Positions 60,561 to 64,000 of a stretch of 64,000 bases of DNA are shown one piece after another (the stretch's first letter is position 1; every line of letters starts with the position of its first letter). Source of the DNA: Gekko japonicus (taxonomy: Eukaryota); contig NW_015166441.1 of the NCBI RefSeq assembly GCF_001447785.1, positions 569,007 through 633,006 on the forward strand. The letters are read 5' to 3'. A program made the translations under genes and the position numbers. Under the pieces are notes generated by a model that was not told the DNA's origin, searched no databases, and saw only the letters and a program-made list of their open reading frames with translations.

Positions 60561-61991
60561 AAAAAGGTAGGCTGCTTTATGGCTCTGCTTGTTTTGTTTG
60601 CTTTCTCTAGGGCTGCTGGCTCTGATGGAGCTCACTATAGGAGCTCCCCCCCCCCTCGGCTGCCATCTCATAATTTATGGCTCCTCGCCCTGTTCTTTGC
60701 CTCTGATCGTTGGAGCCGTAGAGAAGACGTGGCAAAAGCCCAACTTGAACCCCCCCCCCCCCGCGCCCGTAACAAGGCCCCATGGAGAGTTTATGCTACT
60801 TCTTCGGTATTTCTTGTGTATTTGTCGTTATATTTTCGCATCCATGCATCTCTTTCTTCCTTACTAGTTTATAAGGCAGACCACATTTGTTTACAACTCA
60901 GGGTTCTAGTTATGGTCTGACCGAATTCCTGTTGGCTGCTAAGATGTCTTATCGGTGCCTCTACAGTACTTTGTGTTGATTTGTCTTCTTTTGTGCTAGT
61001 AGTCTGTTGTATAGTAAAATAACCTGAAGGTAACAGTTGCTATGAGGTAAGGTTCCAGTTAATAATATGTGTGGTCATGCTTATTTAGACAATGTGCAAC
61101 TTGGTGATGAGTAACTCTTCAGGTTTTCCAGAGGTCTTTTATTCACATAAATGTGGGTAAGTAGGTCCAGATGATGGATTGCAGTGGAGCAACTTAAAAA
61201 ACAACACCTTAATAATATGAATTCCAGATGGAAATTAGTTTGATAGGTTAGGAGATCTAGATATTTAGTATCTATGTAAACACATTGTATGTACTGAACT
61301 GGAGGATCACATGTTGTTTAGCTGAAGAATACTTAATTAAATATTTAAATGATGTTACAAATTTGCATTCTTGAATGTACTCTTGAATGTTTTGGCAGTC
61401 ATAGTATAGATTTCCACATCTGAACCTGCTCCTATGAATTTGTGTGGGACAGATGTAAAATATCCCACAGCCTAGTAGAGTGAGGAGAACATGGAGGTTA
61501 TAGCAGAGGTTATGACAGCAGTTTGCTCACTCATATAATACAGTTAGATAGAATGATAGCTTCTTGATAACTTAAAATAACTAAGCCTGTATGGAACTGA
61601 TTTATTTGGAAATTGACAGTTTACTGAGATTTAACATTGCATAGGATAGCTTGAAAGAAAACAGCTTTGCTGATTAGGAGCACTAAATTGCCCAGATACA
61701 CTAATAAAACAATATTTATTCTCTGAAGTAGATTTAATATCTCAAATCTTTTAAATATAGTGGTAATGACTGGAAATTAATAGTGCAATTTTATGTAGGG
61801 TTACTCTAGTCTGGAGTATTATTGCATGGAATGGCACTGGAAATCTGGCGGAATGATTTCAAATGCCATCTGGTAAATGCTACCACAGTTAAGGGGGATC
61901 TGCAATGTCATAGGGTCTTCTTAAAAGTTATACATGCTGTGTTAGTAATGAACTGTATGGGATCCAAATTGGAATGGTTCCCATGTGACTT

Positions 61992-62333
61992 TGTTGTTGT
62001 TGTTCAGTCACACAGTCCAGTCCGACTCTTTGCAACCCCATGGACCACATCACGCCAAGCCCTCCTGTCTTCCGTCGTGCTCCGGAGTTTGCTTAATTTC
62101 ATGTTCGTTGCCTCGATAACACTGTCTAACCATCTCATCCTTTGCCGTCCCCTTCTTCTTTGACCTTCAGTCTTTACCAGCATCAGGGTCTTCTCCAGTG
62201 AGTGCTCCCTTCTCATTTGGTGGCCAAAGTATTTGAGCTTCAGCTTCAGTATCTGGCCTTCCAGGGAACAGTCAGGGTTGATTTCTTTTAGGATTGACTG
62301 ATTTGATCTCCTTGCAGTCCAGGGTACTCTCAA
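61992..62333 (-). mobile_element. RTE-BovB 3' end
   Basis: RVPWTARRSNQSILKEINP...LKYFGH...RGRQRMRWLD; (CAA)n tail. Confidence 0.92.
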
Positions 62334-62620
62334 GAGGAGGAGAGGAGATTGGATTTATACCCCACCCTTCACTACCCAAAGGTGTCTCAGAGCGGCTTAC
62401 AAACTCCTTTCCCTTCCCCTCCCCTCCCCACAACAGACACCCTGTGAGGTAGGTGGGGCTGAGAGCTCTGACAGAAACTGCTCTTTTTTTCAAGAACAGC
62501 TCTTATCAGAACTACGGCTTGCCCAAGGTCATCCAGCCAGGTGCAAGTGGAGGAGTGGGGAATCAAACCCGGTTCTCCCAGATTAGAGTCTGCGCACTTA
62601 ACCACTACACCAAACTGGCT
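62334..62620 (-). mobile_element. Squam3-like SINE
   Basis: Minus strand head agccagtttggtgtagtggttaag, B-box ggtttgattccc, (CTC)n tail. Confidence 0.8.
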
Positions 62621-63156
62621 CAACCCTTAACTATGGCCATATACTAACTCTGGAGAACTAACTCTGAATTATTTTCAATTCTCAGTCAAGACTTCTCAAT
62701 ACAAGACTTACATGAATAAATGAATTGGAAGCAGGAGACCTTGGATAAATAGATGCCTCTATAATGATCACAGCCACTTATTTATTTTGACCTGAGCTAT
62801 TTTGGGGCTTAGAACAAGGAATGGTCACGGTAGAACTGCATAGTTCAAACAAGGCAGATTCCTGTTTCAGGAGCTCACAGTTTAAGGCTGCTCCACATGT
62901 TTCTGTTCTATTTTATCTGGCTAGTTGTGTGAAGAAGTTCTTCTGTAACAGTGGAGGTTAAGAAGTAGTTGAGAATAGCAGGTAGCTAGCAACCAGAAGT
63001 ACACACACAAAAAACAGAAACTTCAGTACCTAGGACAGCTCTGGTTTTGAACAGAAGTTGAGCTCTTAAAGCCTGGTAACAAACAATGCAATCCCAGGAA
63101 CGCTTTCCTGGAAGTAAGCCCCATTGAATAGACCTGAGCAGGATTGCTCCCTAAGG

Positions 63157-63950
63157 ACTCTTGCTTTCTCCATAATCCAGCGAATGTTGGCAATGTGATC
63201 TCTAGTCCCTCTACCTCTTCGAAACCCAGCTTGCACTTCTGGCAGTTCTCTATCCACGTACTGCTGAAGCCTAGCTTGTAGGATCTTTAGCATGACCTTG
63301 CTAGCGTGTGAAATGAGTGCAATTGTGCAATAGCTTGAACATTCCTTGTCACTGCCCTTCTTTGGGATTGGAATGTATACTGACCTTTTCCAATCCTGTG
63401 GCCACTGTAACAGCTTCATCTTTTAAGACTTTGAATAGCTCAGCTGGTATACCATCACCTCCACTAGCTTTGTTTGTTAGTAATGCTTTCTAAGGCCCAT
63501 TTGACTTCGCATTCCAGGATGTCTGGCTCGAGGTCAGTGATTACACTGTCGTGGTTGTCAGGGACATTGAGGTCCTTCTTGTATAGTTCTTCTGTGTATT
63601 CTTGCCATCTTTTCCTAATCTCCTCTGCTTCTGTTAGGTCCCTACCATTTTTGTCCTTTATCATAGCCAGCTTTGCATGGAACGGTCCCTTGATTACTCC
63701 AATTTTCTTGAATAGATCTCTAGTCCTTCCCATTCTATTGTTTTCCTCTATTACTTTGCATTGTTCTTTCAGGAAAGCCTCATCTCTCCTTGCTGTTCTC
63801 TGGAAATCTGCATTCAGTTGGGTAAATCTTTCCTTTTCACCTTTCCCTTTTGCTTTCCTTCTTCTGCTATTTGTAAAGCCTCATCAGACGGCCACTTTGC
63901 TTTCTTGCATTTCTTTTTCTTTGGGATGGTGGTGATTGCTGCCTCCTGTA
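63157..63950 (-). mobile_element. RTE-BovB ORF fragment
   Basis: WPQDWKRSVYIPIPKKG...TIALISHASKVMLKILQ...QAGFRRGRGTRD; KRWQEYTEELY...EPDILECEVKWAL. Confidence 0.92.
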
Positions 63951-64000
63951 CAGTTACACTGCCATCCTAAACTGAGTTGCACACTTCTAAACCTGATGGG

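Noticed and set aside
59911-60920. Several overlapping ORFs in the CpG island
   Set aside because: GC-rich, stop-poor sequence with no recognisable protein similarity

Overview
Vertebrate genomic DNA from a squamate reptile, probably a gecko, judged from the Sauria SINE, Squam3-like SINE, RTE-BovB, CR1 and L2 repeats. It holds two complete spliced genes arranged head-to-head around a bidirectional CpG promoter (~28.7-29.1 kb). TXNDC12/ERp18 is on the minus strand (7 coding exons, 28017 to 15246, CGAC active site, C-terminal GDEL). BTF3L4 is on the plus strand (5 coding exons, 34336 to 45005, 158 aa). Two more CpG-rich regions with splice donors (~8.5-9.1 kb and ~59.8-60.5 kb) are probably the non-coding first exons of RAB3B and ZFYVE9, inferred from synteny only. 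The rest is transposon-rich: Gypsy remnants and solo LTRs, hAT MITEs with 8-bp TSDs, a non-autonomous Helitron, LINE/SINE fragments, and many Penelope-like (PLE) insertions with inverted pseudo-LTRs and hammerhead ribozyme motifs. The most unusual object is in TXNDC12 intron 2: a near full-length U6 snRNA copy fused to the 5' end of the direct arm of an insertion with the same TSD + tail + inverted-arm layout as the PLEs here. It is a candidate U6-Penelope chimera, possibly formed by ligating U6 (2',3'-cyclic phosphate end) to a hammerhead-generated 5'-OH. Everything was read by eye; repeat boundaries are approximate unless a TSD is quoted.
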